A stretch of DNA of 56,223 nucleotides from positions 1-56,223 of the forward strand of contig CAYOTA010000008.1 in assembly GCA_964406795.1 (NCBI GenBank). The letters are read 5' to 3'. Shown here piece after piece: positions 17,609 through 25,837 of the stretch. Source of the stretch: an uncultured Gammaproteobacteria bacterium (GTDB taxonomy: Bacteria > Patescibacteriota > Microgenomatia > Levybacterales > GWA1-39-11). Numbering within the stretch: position 1 is the stretch's first letter; every line of letters starts with the position of its first letter. Under the pieces are notes generated by a model. The model saw only the letters and a program-made list of their open reading frames with translations. It was not told the DNA's origin and did not search any database. Position numbers and translations under genes: made by a program.

Positions 17609-18943
17609 ATGGCCCAGCGAATACCTCCTCATGACGACGATGCAGAAATTGCAGTGCTTGGCGCGCTGTTGATTGATCGTGAAGCAGCGCTTTTAAGCAC
17701 AGAACTCTTAAAGCCTGAATATTTTTATAATGATTCCAATAAAGTAATCTTTGAAGGAATGCAAGAACTATATGAAGTTAGAAAACCCATTGATATAGTT
17801 ACACTTACCAGCGTTTTAAAAACTCGCAAAGTTTTTGACCGCGTGGGTGGAGCTTCATACATAACCTCACTTGCCAATGCTGTGCCAACCGCTTCTAACA
17901 TTGAACATTATGCCGCTATTTTGCGCGAAAAATATCTCCGCCGCAGCTTGATTACTCTTGCAGGAACTATGACAGAGCAGGCATTTACTGAAGAAGACGA
18001 GGCGCCACAAGTATTGGATAATATTGAACAAAGCGTATATAGATTGAGCCAAGAAAATGTAAAACAGGGATTTTCACATATTAAAAATTCGCTTGCTGAA
18101 AGTTTTGACAGACTTGATCAGCTACACAAAGATGGGGGAGGAATGAGAGGTCTGGAAACAGGTTTTACGGAAATTGACTTTTTACTCTCAGGCCTGCAGC
18201 CTTCCAATATGATTGTATTGGCAGCGCGTCCCGGTCAGGGAAAAACAGCCTTTGTTGTTAATATGGCGCAAAACATTACCATTGCAGGAAAAAATCCCGT
18301 TGGGATTTTTTCCCTCGAAATGAGTAAAGAAGAGTTGGTTGACCGTTTGCTTGTGTCACAGTCAGATATAGACGCTTGGAAGCTTAAAACAGGAAGACTA
18401 TCTGAAGATGACTTTGAAAAATTATCAACAGCCATGGGAGAATTGGCCGAAGCGCCTATATTTATAGATGACACTCCAGGTATCACAATTGCTGAAATCA
18501 GAACCAAGGCTAGGCGCTTGCAGTTGGAATCAGGTATAAAATTACTCATAGTTGATTACTTGCAATTGGTAAATCCAGGGAAACGGCTTGAAAACCGTGT
18601 CCAAGAAGTGTCTTATGTGTCTCAAAATCTCAAAAATTTAGCACGTGAACTCAAAATTCCGGTTATTGCAGTTTCTCAGCTATCTCGTGCTGTTGAGCAG
18701 CGTGGTGAAAGGCGTCCACAGTTAGCCGATCTTCGTGAATCCGGTGCAATTGAGCAGGATGCTGATGTTGTTATGTTTTTGTACACAAAAGAAGAAGAAT
18801 TTACACCGCAAAGAATTGTGTCAATAAGTATTGCCAAGCACAGAAACGGTCCTGTTGGAGAAAAAGATCTGCTATTTAGGGGAGACCGGATCAAATTCTA
18901 TAATCTAGAAGGTAATAGAACTGACCCGCCGCAGCAAAATTAG
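17609..18943 (+). CDS. dnaB: Replicative DNA helicase DnaB
   Basis: N-terminus PPHDDDAEIAVLGALL, Walker A ARPGQGKTAF, and SLEMS, IVDYLQL and SQLSRAVEQR motifs. Confidence 0.95.
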   Translation: MAQRIPPHDDDAEIAVLGALLIDREAALLSTELLKPEYFYNDSNKVIFEGMQELYEVRKPIDIVTLTSVLKTRKVFDRVGGASYITSLANAVPTASNIEHYAAILREKYLRRSLITLAGTMTEQAFTEEDEAPQVLDNIEQSVYRLSQENVKQGFSHIKNSLAESFDRLDQLHKDGGGMRGLETGFTEIDFLLSGLQPSNMIVLAARPGQGKTAFVVNMAQNITIAGKNPVGIFSLEMSKEELVDRLLVSQSDIDAWKLKTGRLSEDDFEKLSTAMGELAEAPIFIDDTPGITIAEIRTKARRLQLESGIKLLIVDYLQLVNPGKRLENRVQEVSYVSQNLKNLARELKIPVIAVSQLSRAVEQRGERRPQLADLRESGAIEQDADVVMFLYTKEEEFTPQRIVSISIAKHRNGPVGEKDLLFRGDRIKFYNLEGNRTDPPQQN

Positions 18944-19023
18944 AAGTTTTGTAAGTCTCTTTATTTACCCAGCAACTCCCACAATTTTGATTTATAACTT
19001 TCAATTAGCTACAATAACAATAT

Positions 19024-19620
19024 ATGGCTTTTTCAACTGCGCAATTTAAGCGAAAACTGCACAAATTTTTAGGTTCTGTCAAGAATGCGCCGGATCGCAA
19101 ACACTATTTAGAGTTCGTAACGGCTGCGTTGTCAATTCCTGTTTTGTTAACAGTTATATTAGTTAATTTAAATAATTTAAACGCATCAAAGGCCATAGCA
19201 CCCATTCCTGCTCCTACCACTGCACCTCAAATTATTATAAGAGAGGGTGGTTCTAATCAAAGCCAGCCAACTCCTACAAGTCCTGAACTGTGCCAGAAAG
19301 AAGTGGGTCCTGTTATTATAACTTCACCCAAAGAAGGAGCAACGGTAACTGATAATCCGGTAAATTTTGTAATTAAGCATGACGCGCGGTATTGTTCGGT
19401 TGTGTGGTCATATAGGGTGAATAATGGTTCTTGGTCAGAGTACTCCAGTAATTCACCATCTATTTTTAATATGCCAAACGGTAATGTACGGTTCCAGTTG
19501 CGTGTACAAAGTACCGTGTCCCAAGACACTGACAATATTGAGTTAAATTTTAACTATCAAGGTGGACCTACGTCAACACCTACCCCAACTATGCAACCTA
19601 CCCCAACCACAACACTGTAA
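19024..19620 (+). CDS. Membrane-anchored hypothetical protein with Pro/Thr-rich segments
   Basis: One TM helix (VTAALSIPVLLTVILV), a beta-rich domain and a PTPT tail. No domain recognised. Confidence 0.5.
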   Translation: MAFSTAQFKRKLHKFLGSVKNAPDRKHYLEFVTAALSIPVLLTVILVNLNNLNASKAIAPIPAPTTAPQIIIREGGSNQSQPTPTSPELCQKEVGPVIITSPKEGATVTDNPVNFVIKHDARYCSVVWSYRVNNGSWSEYSSNSPSIFNMPNGNVRFQLRVQSTVSQDTDNIELNFNYQGGPTSTPTPTMQPTPTTTL

Positions 19621-19698
19621 TATTACTTATTGACAGAGCGTTTTTTATTTTGGTATTCTTGTCACTGTTTGCTAAAACGCAAACGAGTTTTTTACCAG

Positions 19699-20700
19699 AT
19701 GGTGACAATTTTAACTGGCGGATTTTATGGTGATGAAGGAAAAGGCAAGATTGTAGGGTATCTTGCAGTCACTGATAAGCCCGCACTTGTTGTAAGATCC
19801 GGTTCAGGTCCTCAGGCGGGTCACACCGTTACCCCAACTATAAAAGTCACACAAGTTCCTTCAGGACTGGTTAACCGTACAGTTAGACTCCTTATTGGTC
19901 GTGGTACATTAGTTTCGCCTGAAATATTTCTCAAGGAAGTTAAGGAAAATAAACTAGAGGGAAGGATTTTTATGGATAGCGGTTGCACTATTATAGAACG
20001 CAAACATATAGAGGCTGAAAAAGAGCTTGTTAAACGCGTGGGATCAGTTGGGACTGGAGTAGGTCCTGCCAGGGCAGATCGCGTTATGCGGCGCGCAAAA
20101 TTAGCCCGCGATATACCTGCACTCAAAAAATATATTACAAATGTTTCAAAAGAGGTTAATGATGCAATCTCAAAAAACAAAAAAGTTTTAGTTGAAGGTG
20201 TTCAGGGATATGGGCTGTCTCTTCTTGACTCCAAGTATTATCCCTACGTTACGTCCCAGGACACAACAGCGTCTCAGTTTGCTGCAGATACTGGGGTAGG
20301 TCCGCGCACAATAGAAAATGTAATTGTTGTATTTAAAGCATATTTGTCACGCGTAGGAGAGGATCCTGCATTTAAAGAGTGGAGTGCTGCTAAAGCCAAA
20401 AGACTAGGGATAACGGAACACGGAAGTGTTTCCGGGAGAGTGCGTAAATTGGGGGATTTTAGTGTTGAGATGGCAACCGACTCTATAATTGCGAATTCCG
20501 GAAATGTGTTTGCGCTAACCTGTCTTGATAGGCTTTTTCCAGGAAATGAAAATGTTACTGATTTTAAAAAATTAACCCCAGAGGCCAAAACATTTATCAA
20601 AGATTTAGAAAAAAAATTAAAAAGTAACACAAAATACTTTACTAAATTCCATCTTATATCCACGGGTCCAGACATTATGGACGTAATTGATTTGAGATAA
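19699..20700 (+). CDS. purA: Adenylosuccinate synthetase, short (archaeal-like) form
   Basis: P-loop GGFYGDEGKGKIV, then GPQAGHTV, GTGVGPARADRV, VEGVQGYGLSL, YPYVTSQDTT and SGRVRKLGDF. About 334 aa from ATG 19699, whereas the track ORF starts upstream at 19630. Confidence 0.8.
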   Translation: MVTILTGGFYGDEGKGKIVGYLAVTDKPALVVRSGSGPQAGHTVTPTIKVTQVPSGLVNRTVRLLIGRGTLVSPEIFLKEVKENKLEGRIFMDSGCTIIERKHIEAEKELVKRVGSVGTGVGPARADRVMRRAKLARDIPALKKYITNVSKEVNDAISKNKKVLVEGVQGYGLSLLDSKYYPYVTSQDTTASQFAADTGVGPRTIENVIVVFKAYLSRVGEDPAFKEWSAAKAKRLGITEHGSVSGRVRKLGDFSVEMATDSIIANSGNVFALTCLDRLFPGNENVTDFKKLTPEAKTFIKDLEKKLKSNTKYFTKFHLISTGPDIMDVIDLR

Positions 20701-20725
20701 AACCCCACCGTGTTATAATCCCACC

Positions 20726-21709
20726 ATGGGAAAAATTGAAGGAATCAGAGTGCCTTTTCAGTACTATTGGGCTTCAGCTCAGTATCCATCGCATAATCGA
20801 CATGTTTTAGAAAAATTAAAAAATGAGCAGGCTGTGTCAAAAAATTTGGGGCATGCTGAAAGCTTAATGGAGATAAAAGATCCTCAAGGACATATTGATA
20901 GTTTTACAAAACATATGCAAGGAGATAATTCGGTCGGAATTGTAATTGCAAACCATGATCAACATGTAAATATTGCAGCCTTTTTAAAAACTCTTAAAAG
21001 AGTAAACCAAACATCACAGAAAGACTTACACCATCATTTAATCGTTACGTTGTCCCTTATTAATGGAGACCAAGGAGTTGACTTGCAAAGATTTGCTCTT
21101 GGAATGATTCCGATACTTGAAGAAAACAACATGAAAATGTCAGGCATTATGAGAAAGAAAGATGAGAAAGAATTCTACCAACCTTTCAATAAAGACGCCA
21201 AGAAAACACAGGTCGATCTAATTCAAGATACAAATGCTGCTTTAAGAAATATGATGCATTTACGAAGAAGTTTTCTAAAGGGGGAAATTATTTGGTTTTT
21301 CCCGGCAGGAACTACCACAGAAGGAACCATAAACCCTGATACTGGGCAGGATGTTGGCATGGACGATGTAGAAAATGAATCTCTTGCGGGTTTTATGACT
21401 GCCGCGCAAAAAAGAGGAAAGGACATGAAGGTTTTATCGTTAAGCTTGAATGGTTGTAATTTAATTGTACCTGCCAGAGAAACAAAGGCAACAGATCTTG
21501 CGCGTGAAACTGTAAAGTTTAATATGACATGGGGAAAAGTGTCTGGTAAGCCATTTCACATTGCAGAAATTATACCAGGAGAAATATACGGGCCGAATGA
21601 TTTAATAAACGAAGGTGTTAGTTTAGAAAATGGCCAACAGGTGAATACAGCTGCCCTTGAACGAATCGCAATAAATGTAGAACCTAGAAGGCGTGGGAAA
21701 TTTGCCTAA
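20726..21709 (+). CDS. Hypothetical protein, distant PlsC-like acyltransferase resemblance
   Basis: IVIANHDQHVN and FFPAGTTTEG recall acyltransferase motifs I and III (NHxxxxD, FPEGT), but the HX4D Asp is not conserved. Low confidence in the function. Confidence 0.4.
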   Translation: MGKIEGIRVPFQYYWASAQYPSHNRHVLEKLKNEQAVSKNLGHAESLMEIKDPQGHIDSFTKHMQGDNSVGIVIANHDQHVNIAAFLKTLKRVNQTSQKDLHHHLIVTLSLINGDQGVDLQRFALGMIPILEENNMKMSGIMRKKDEKEFYQPFNKDAKKTQVDLIQDTNAALRNMMHLRRSFLKGEIIWFFPAGTTTEGTINPDTGQDVGMDDVENESLAGFMTAAQKRGKDMKVLSLSLNGCNLIVPARETKATDLARETVKFNMTWGKVSGKPFHIAEIIPGEIYGPNDLINEGVSLENGQQVNTAALERIAINVEPRRRGKFA

Positions 21710-21716
21710 GCTATAT

Positions 21717-21802
21717 TGGTGGGCAAGGAGGGACTTGAACCCTCATAGCATTGCTGCCAAAGGTTTTTGAGACCTTCGCGTATACCATTCCGCCACTTGC
21801 CC
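21717..21802 (-). tRNA. tRNA-Leu (anticodon CAA), type II with long variable arm, CCA encoded
   Basis: The reverse complement reads GGGCAAGTGGCGGAATGGTATACGCGAAGGTCTCAAAAACCTTTGGCAGCAATGCTATGAGGGTTCAAGTCCCTCCTTGCCCACCA. It has a 7-bp acceptor stem, anticodon stem AAGGT/ACCTT with loop CTCAAAA, and T-arm GAGGG-TTCAAGT-CCCTC. Confidence 0.9.
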
Positions 21803-21811
21803 AAATATTTA

Positions 21812-22060
21812 TTACTTACTAAACAAATTACTTTTCATCCATCTACGTCCTGCAGACGATTTAAAATACTTTTCTTTCACTATAGATTCTTTTTCTGTTA
21901 TAAATGCTTCTGAATATATAACTTTCCAAGGTTTATATCTTTTAGTATATTTACTATTTCCATTATTATGTTCTATAAGTCTATTTTCTATATCCTTAGT
22001 ATGTCCAACGTATGTTTTAGTTCCCAAAAAGTTCAATAAAATATATGTAATATATTTCAT
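21812..22060 (-). CDS. GIY-YIG nuclease-domain protein
   Basis: MKYITYILLNFLGTKTYVGHTKDIENRLIEHNNG carries the GIY-YIG core (YIL...TYVGHT, R, E, N). The track ORF runs on to 22120, but that extension only translates a tandem DNA repeat (SSLGG twice). Confidence 0.7.
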   Translation of the reverse strand: MKYITYILLNFLGTKTYVGHTKDIENRLIEHNNGNSKYTKRYKPWKVIYSEAFITEKESIVKEKYFKSSAGRRWMKSNLFSK

Positions 22061-22144
22061 ACCATTCCGTCCGCCTAGGCTCGACGAGACTGGTCCGCCT
22101 AGGCTCGACGAGTCAAACACCTAGTCGAGACTGGCCACTTGCCC
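22059..22144 (-). pseudogene. Split remnant of the tRNA-Leu 5' end (nt 1-11 and 12-21) interrupted by a 65-nt insert
   Basis: The reverse complement of 22134-22144 is GGGCAAGTGGC, which equals tRNA nt 1-11. The reverse complement of 22059-22068 is GGAATGGTAT, which equals tRNA nt 12-21. Together they match 21 of 21 positions of the intact tRNA at 21717-21802. Confidence 0.8.
22069..22133. repeat. Tandem 24-nt repeat (second copy carries an internal 17-nt insertion)
   Basis: GTCCGCCTAGGCTCGACGAGACTG at 22069-22092. The next copy, GTCCGCCTAGGCTCGACGAG-(tcaaacacctagtcgag)-ACTG, is at 22093-22133. Both contain the GCCTAGGC palindrome. Confidence 0.9.
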
Positions 22145-22186
22145 GCGTTTGATTTCGACTTCTTTGTATTATATACTGTGTTGGCT

Positions 22187-24754
22187 ATGACGGCAAGAAA
22201 AAAAGCTACAAAATCAGTGCGACTTTCTCCTCACATAGAGCCCCTTCGTTATAAAATTTATTTAGAACCTGACCTGGAAAGCTTCACATTTGTAGGTACA
22301 GAGGAAATAGAGATAAAAATTTCAGAGTCAACCAAACTTATTAAGCTTCATGCAGCAGAACTTCAAATCTCTGAGGTTTCCGTTATGCAAGGAAAAGTTT
22401 CTCAAAATGCCTCTATTAAGTTTTTAGAAAAGGAAGAAGAAGTAGATTTTGTATTCAAGTCGCCACTAAAAGAGGGTAAGGCAACTTTAAAAATTTCATT
22501 TACTGGAATATTAAATGACAAAATGCGCGGATTTTACAGAAGTAAATATACTCATGAAGGAAAAGAATATCACATGGGGGTGACTCAGTTTGAAAGTACA
22601 GATGCACGTCGTGCATTTCCTTGTTTTGATGAGCCATCGCAAAAAGCAGTATTTGAAGTTACCCTAAAAATTCCTGAAGACAGAACTGCGATTTCTAACA
22701 TGTTAGAAGAAGAGGTAACAGAACACAAAGATGGATATAAAATAATTAGATTTTCAGAAAGTCCCAGAATGTCATCATATCTTTTAGCATTTATTATAGG
22801 GCATTTTGAATTTATAGAAGACAAAACGAGAGACGGGGTTGTCGTGCGGGTTTTTGTAACTCCAGGTAAAAAAAATCAGGCAGAATTTGCGCTGTCAGTG
22901 GCCGTTAAAACACTTGAATTTTACACAGATTATTTCAAGATAAAATATCCGCTTCCCTCCATGGATTTGGTTGCCATTCCGGATTTTGCAGCAGGAGCCA
23001 TGGAAAACTGGGGAGCTGTAACGTATCGGGAAACAGCACTGTTAGTTGATCCGGAAAATTCCTCCACACATAATAAGCAGTGGGTCGCATTGGTAATTGC
23101 GCATGAGTTAGCACATCAGTGGTTTGGAAATTTAGTCACCATGGAGTGGTGGACTCATTTGTGGCTTAACGAAGGGTTTGCATCATACATGGAATATGTT
23201 GCAGTAAATCATATGTTTCCTGAATGGAATATATGGACGCAGTTTGTATATATGGACCATGCCAGAGCACTAGAACTTGATGGGCTCAAAAACACACACG
23301 CTATTGAAGTAGAAGTAAACCACCCGGCAGAGATATCGGAAATATTTGATGAAGTATCATATTCCAAAGGAGCATCTGTTATCAGAATGTTAGCGGAATA
23401 TTTAGGTTACTACCAATTTAGAGACGGTCTGCGATTTTATCTTAAAAAGCATTCATATAAAAATGCTGAAACAGGGGAGTTGTGGGAGGCATTAGAACAT
23501 GCATCTAAAAAAGATGTCGCAAGTATTATGAAGAATTGGACAGGGGAGCCGGGATATCCGTTACTTAACGTTGAGAAAAAAGGCTCAGTTGTAACTATTT
23601 CACAAAAAAAGTTTTTCTCAAGCATTTTTTCACAGAAAACAATTGACACAACCCAATGGATGGTTCCAGTAAGTGTTATGTCAAATTCAGGAAATCAGGA
23701 ATTTTTACTGGACCGCAAATCACAAAAAATAAATGTGCCGCACGGGTGGGTTAAACTGAATAAAGATGAGACTTCTTTTGCACGCGTAAAATATGATGAA
23801 AATTTACTGCAACTTTTAAAAACACCTATAGAAAAAAAATCAGAAGCACTTTCTGAGCAGGACAGGTTTGGAATAATTAGAGATGCATTTGTATTATCAG
23901 AAGCTGAATTTTTGTCAGCGGATCAGGCATTAAACTTAGTTACTTCTTATAAAAATAATACCAGCTATATTTCTTGGGCAGAGATTGCAAGCGACATGGG
24001 AAAGATTAAAAATCTTTTGTTTGGTGAAAAAATATATAATGATTTTGAAAATTTTATAGTTGAATTATTTACAAAAATTGGTGATACAGTTGGCTGGGAA
24101 AAAAAGAAAAATGAGGATCATTCAATTACGCTTTTGAGAAGTATAGTGCTTGGGGTTTTGGCACGTAATAAAGATAAAAAAACTGTTGAAAAAGCATTGG
24201 ACTTATTTAAGAAAGATAAAGCAGGTAGTATAAAACTTGATTCAGACCTGAGAAGTATGGTGTATGTAGTGGCAGCAGAAAATGGTAGTGAAAAAGAATA
24301 CACATATTTTATGAAGCGTTACAAAGAAGAGGTATTTCAGGAAGAAAAAGATAGAATTTTGCGAGCGCTTTGTGCATTTAAAGATAAAGTAATTTTGCAA
24401 AAAGTGCTAGATTTTGCATTTACAGATCAAGTAAAAGCGCAAGACTCATTTAAAGTTGTCACATTTATTGCCGGAAATCCTCACGGGCGGGACTTGGCTT
24501 GGAAAAAGGTGAAGAAGGAGTGGGGGAGTATTGAGAAAAAATTTGGTGGCGGTCATTTGTTTACCAGATTTGTAAAACCATTTGCTGTGTTTACAAATAC
24601 TATTGATGCAAAAGCACTGGAGACATTTTTCAAAAAACAAAATTCTCAGGGACTTGATAGAACTATCCAGCAAGTGCTGGAGCAAATTAAAAGTAATGCC
24701 GAGTGGAAAAAACGTGATTTAAAAAAGATAGAAAAATTCCTCAAAACTCGCTAA
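22187..24754 (+). CDS. pepN: M1-family aminopeptidase N (with ERAP1-like C-terminal domain)
   Basis: GAMENWG exopeptidase motif and HELAHQWFGN...WLNEG zinc motif (HExxH-18-E). The first ATG, at 22187, is preferred over the track start at 22139. Confidence 0.9.
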   Translation: MTARKKATKSVRLSPHIEPLRYKIYLEPDLESFTFVGTEEIEIKISESTKLIKLHAAELQISEVSVMQGKVSQNASIKFLEKEEEVDFVFKSPLKEGKATLKISFTGILNDKMRGFYRSKYTHEGKEYHMGVTQFESTDARRAFPCFDEPSQKAVFEVTLKIPEDRTAISNMLEEEVTEHKDGYKIIRFSESPRMSSYLLAFIIGHFEFIEDKTRDGVVVRVFVTPGKKNQAEFALSVAVKTLEFYTDYFKIKYPLPSMDLVAIPDFAAGAMENWGAVTYRETALLVDPENSSTHNKQWVALVIAHELAHQWFGNLVTMEWWTHLWLNEGFASYMEYVAVNHMFPEWNIWTQFVYMDHARALELDGLKNTHAIEVEVNHPAEISEIFDEVSYSKGASVIRMLAEYLGYYQFRDGLRFYLKKHSYKNAETGELWEALEHASKKDVASIMKNWTGEPGYPLLNVEKKGSVVTISQKKFFSSIFSQKTIDTTQWMVPVSVMSNSGNQEFLLDRKSQKINVPHGWVKLNKDETSFARVKYDENLLQLLKTPIEKKSEALSEQDRFGIIRDAFVLSEAEFLSADQALNLVTSYKNNTSYISWAEIASDMGKIKNLLFGEKIYNDFENFIVELFTKIGDTVGWEKKKNEDHSITLLRSIVLGVLARNKDKKTVEKALDLFKKDKAGSIKLDSDLRSMVYVVAAENGSEKEYTYFMKRYKEEVFQEEKDRILRALCAFKDKVILQKVLDFAFTDQVKAQDSFKVVTFIAGNPHGRDLAWKKVKKEWGSIEKKFGGGHLFTRFVKPFAVFTNTIDAKALETFFKKQNSQGLDRTIQQVLEQIKSNAEWKKRDLKKIEKFLKTR

Positions 24755-24772
24755 TTCTGATATACTTCCTTT

Positions 24773-25687
24773 GTGCCTACACTAAAAACCAAAATTGATG
24801 AGAAAGAAGTACTCTTATTTCTTCAAAAAAATATTGACCCTCAGATTACTTCTCTGGAATTCTTAAAGGGCGGGGAAATGTCTCAAGCATTTAGTTATGC
24901 AAGTAGTGAAAAAGATTATGTAATCAGACTTTATAAAAATGATGAAGCTTTTAAAAAAGATAAGTTTGCCTATGATAATTACTCTTCCGTTAAACTTTCC
25001 ATCCCAAAAGTGTACGAGATAGGCAAATTTTCAGAGACGTTGTATTACTGTATCTCAAGCCTCATAAAAGGCACAATTCTAGATCTATTAAGCTTTGAGC
25101 TACAAGGTAAAATGATAGATAAGGAGTTAGATATTATGCACGCAATACATAACACAAAAGTTGTAGGTAATGGATACGGGTGGTGGGATGAGAATGGGAA
25201 CGGAACATATACCAGTTGGAATAACTATATTTTGCATAAAAAAGATGAAATTTATTCAAATTGGGAAATGTTATATAAAAATTCATTTTTAGAAAAAGAA
25301 ATGATAGACATAATTTATCAGGAAATAAATAAGCTAGTAGCATTTCTACCGGAAAATAGGTATTTAGTTCACGCAGATCTTGGGTGGAGCAATGAGATTT
25401 CTGATAACACAAATATTACGGGAGTATTTGATTGGGGCAATTCTGTGTATGGGGACTTTTTATATGATGTTTCATTTAAACATTTCTGGTCATCCGACTC
25501 ACAGTTTTTGCAAAGATATTTAGACTCTTTAGATAAAAACGAATTTAATTTAAAGCATGTAGAAGAGAGAACTAGATGCTACCTGTTGCATATCGGACTT
25601 GGTGTATTAGGATTTTTTGCTGAATCCGGTCAGAAAGATAAGTACGACAAAAATAAAAAAAGAATTGAAGGTCTTCTTTCAATTTAA
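24773..25687 (+). CDS. Aminoglycoside/choline-kinase-type phosphotransferase (APH family)
   Basis: Brenner motif HADLGWSN, then FDWGNSVYGD. GTG start at 24773, 6 nt after the extended -10 TGaTATACT (24758-24766). Confidence 0.75.
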   Translation: MPTLKTKIDEKEVLLFLQKNIDPQITSLEFLKGGEMSQAFSYASSEKDYVIRLYKNDEAFKKDKFAYDNYSSVKLSIPKVYEIGKFSETLYYCISSLIKGTILDLLSFELQGKMIDKELDIMHAIHNTKVVGNGYGWWDENGNGTYTSWNNYILHKKDEIYSNWEMLYKNSFLEKEMIDIIYQEINKLVAFLPENRYLVHADLGWSNEISDNTNITGVFDWGNSVYGDFLYDVSFKHFWSSDSQFLQRYLDSLDKNEFNLKHVEERTRCYLLHIGLGVLGFFAESGQKDKYDKNKKRIEGLLSI

Positions 25688-25720
25688 CCTCAGAACAATC
25701 CGTTCTCCCGAGGTTAAGCT

Positions 25721-25762
25721 ACAAATCAACCCCCGAGGTTGCATAGCTACGCAACCTAAGGT
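25721..25762. repeat. Orphan REP-like repeat, copy C (degenerate)
   Basis: ACAAATCAACCCCCGAGGTTGCATAGCTACGCAACCTAAGG is the same family and orientation as copies A and B, with 3-4 substitutions. A partial extra copy, CCCGAGGTTAAGCTAC, precedes it at 25707-25722. Confidence 0.85.
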
Positions 25763-25837
25763 TACATGTTAATTCTGAAGATGGTAAGAACATTTGTACT
25801 AGAATACTAGCTTCAATACGTGATATAATTATTACTT

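Noticed and set aside
21812-22120. The 102-aa version of the GIY-YIG ORF, starting at GTG 22120 with MFDSSSLGGPVSSSLGGRNG.
   Set aside because: The extra 20 codons merely translate the 24-nt tandem DNA repeat and the tRNA fragment. The GIY-YIG domain begins at the ATG at 22060.
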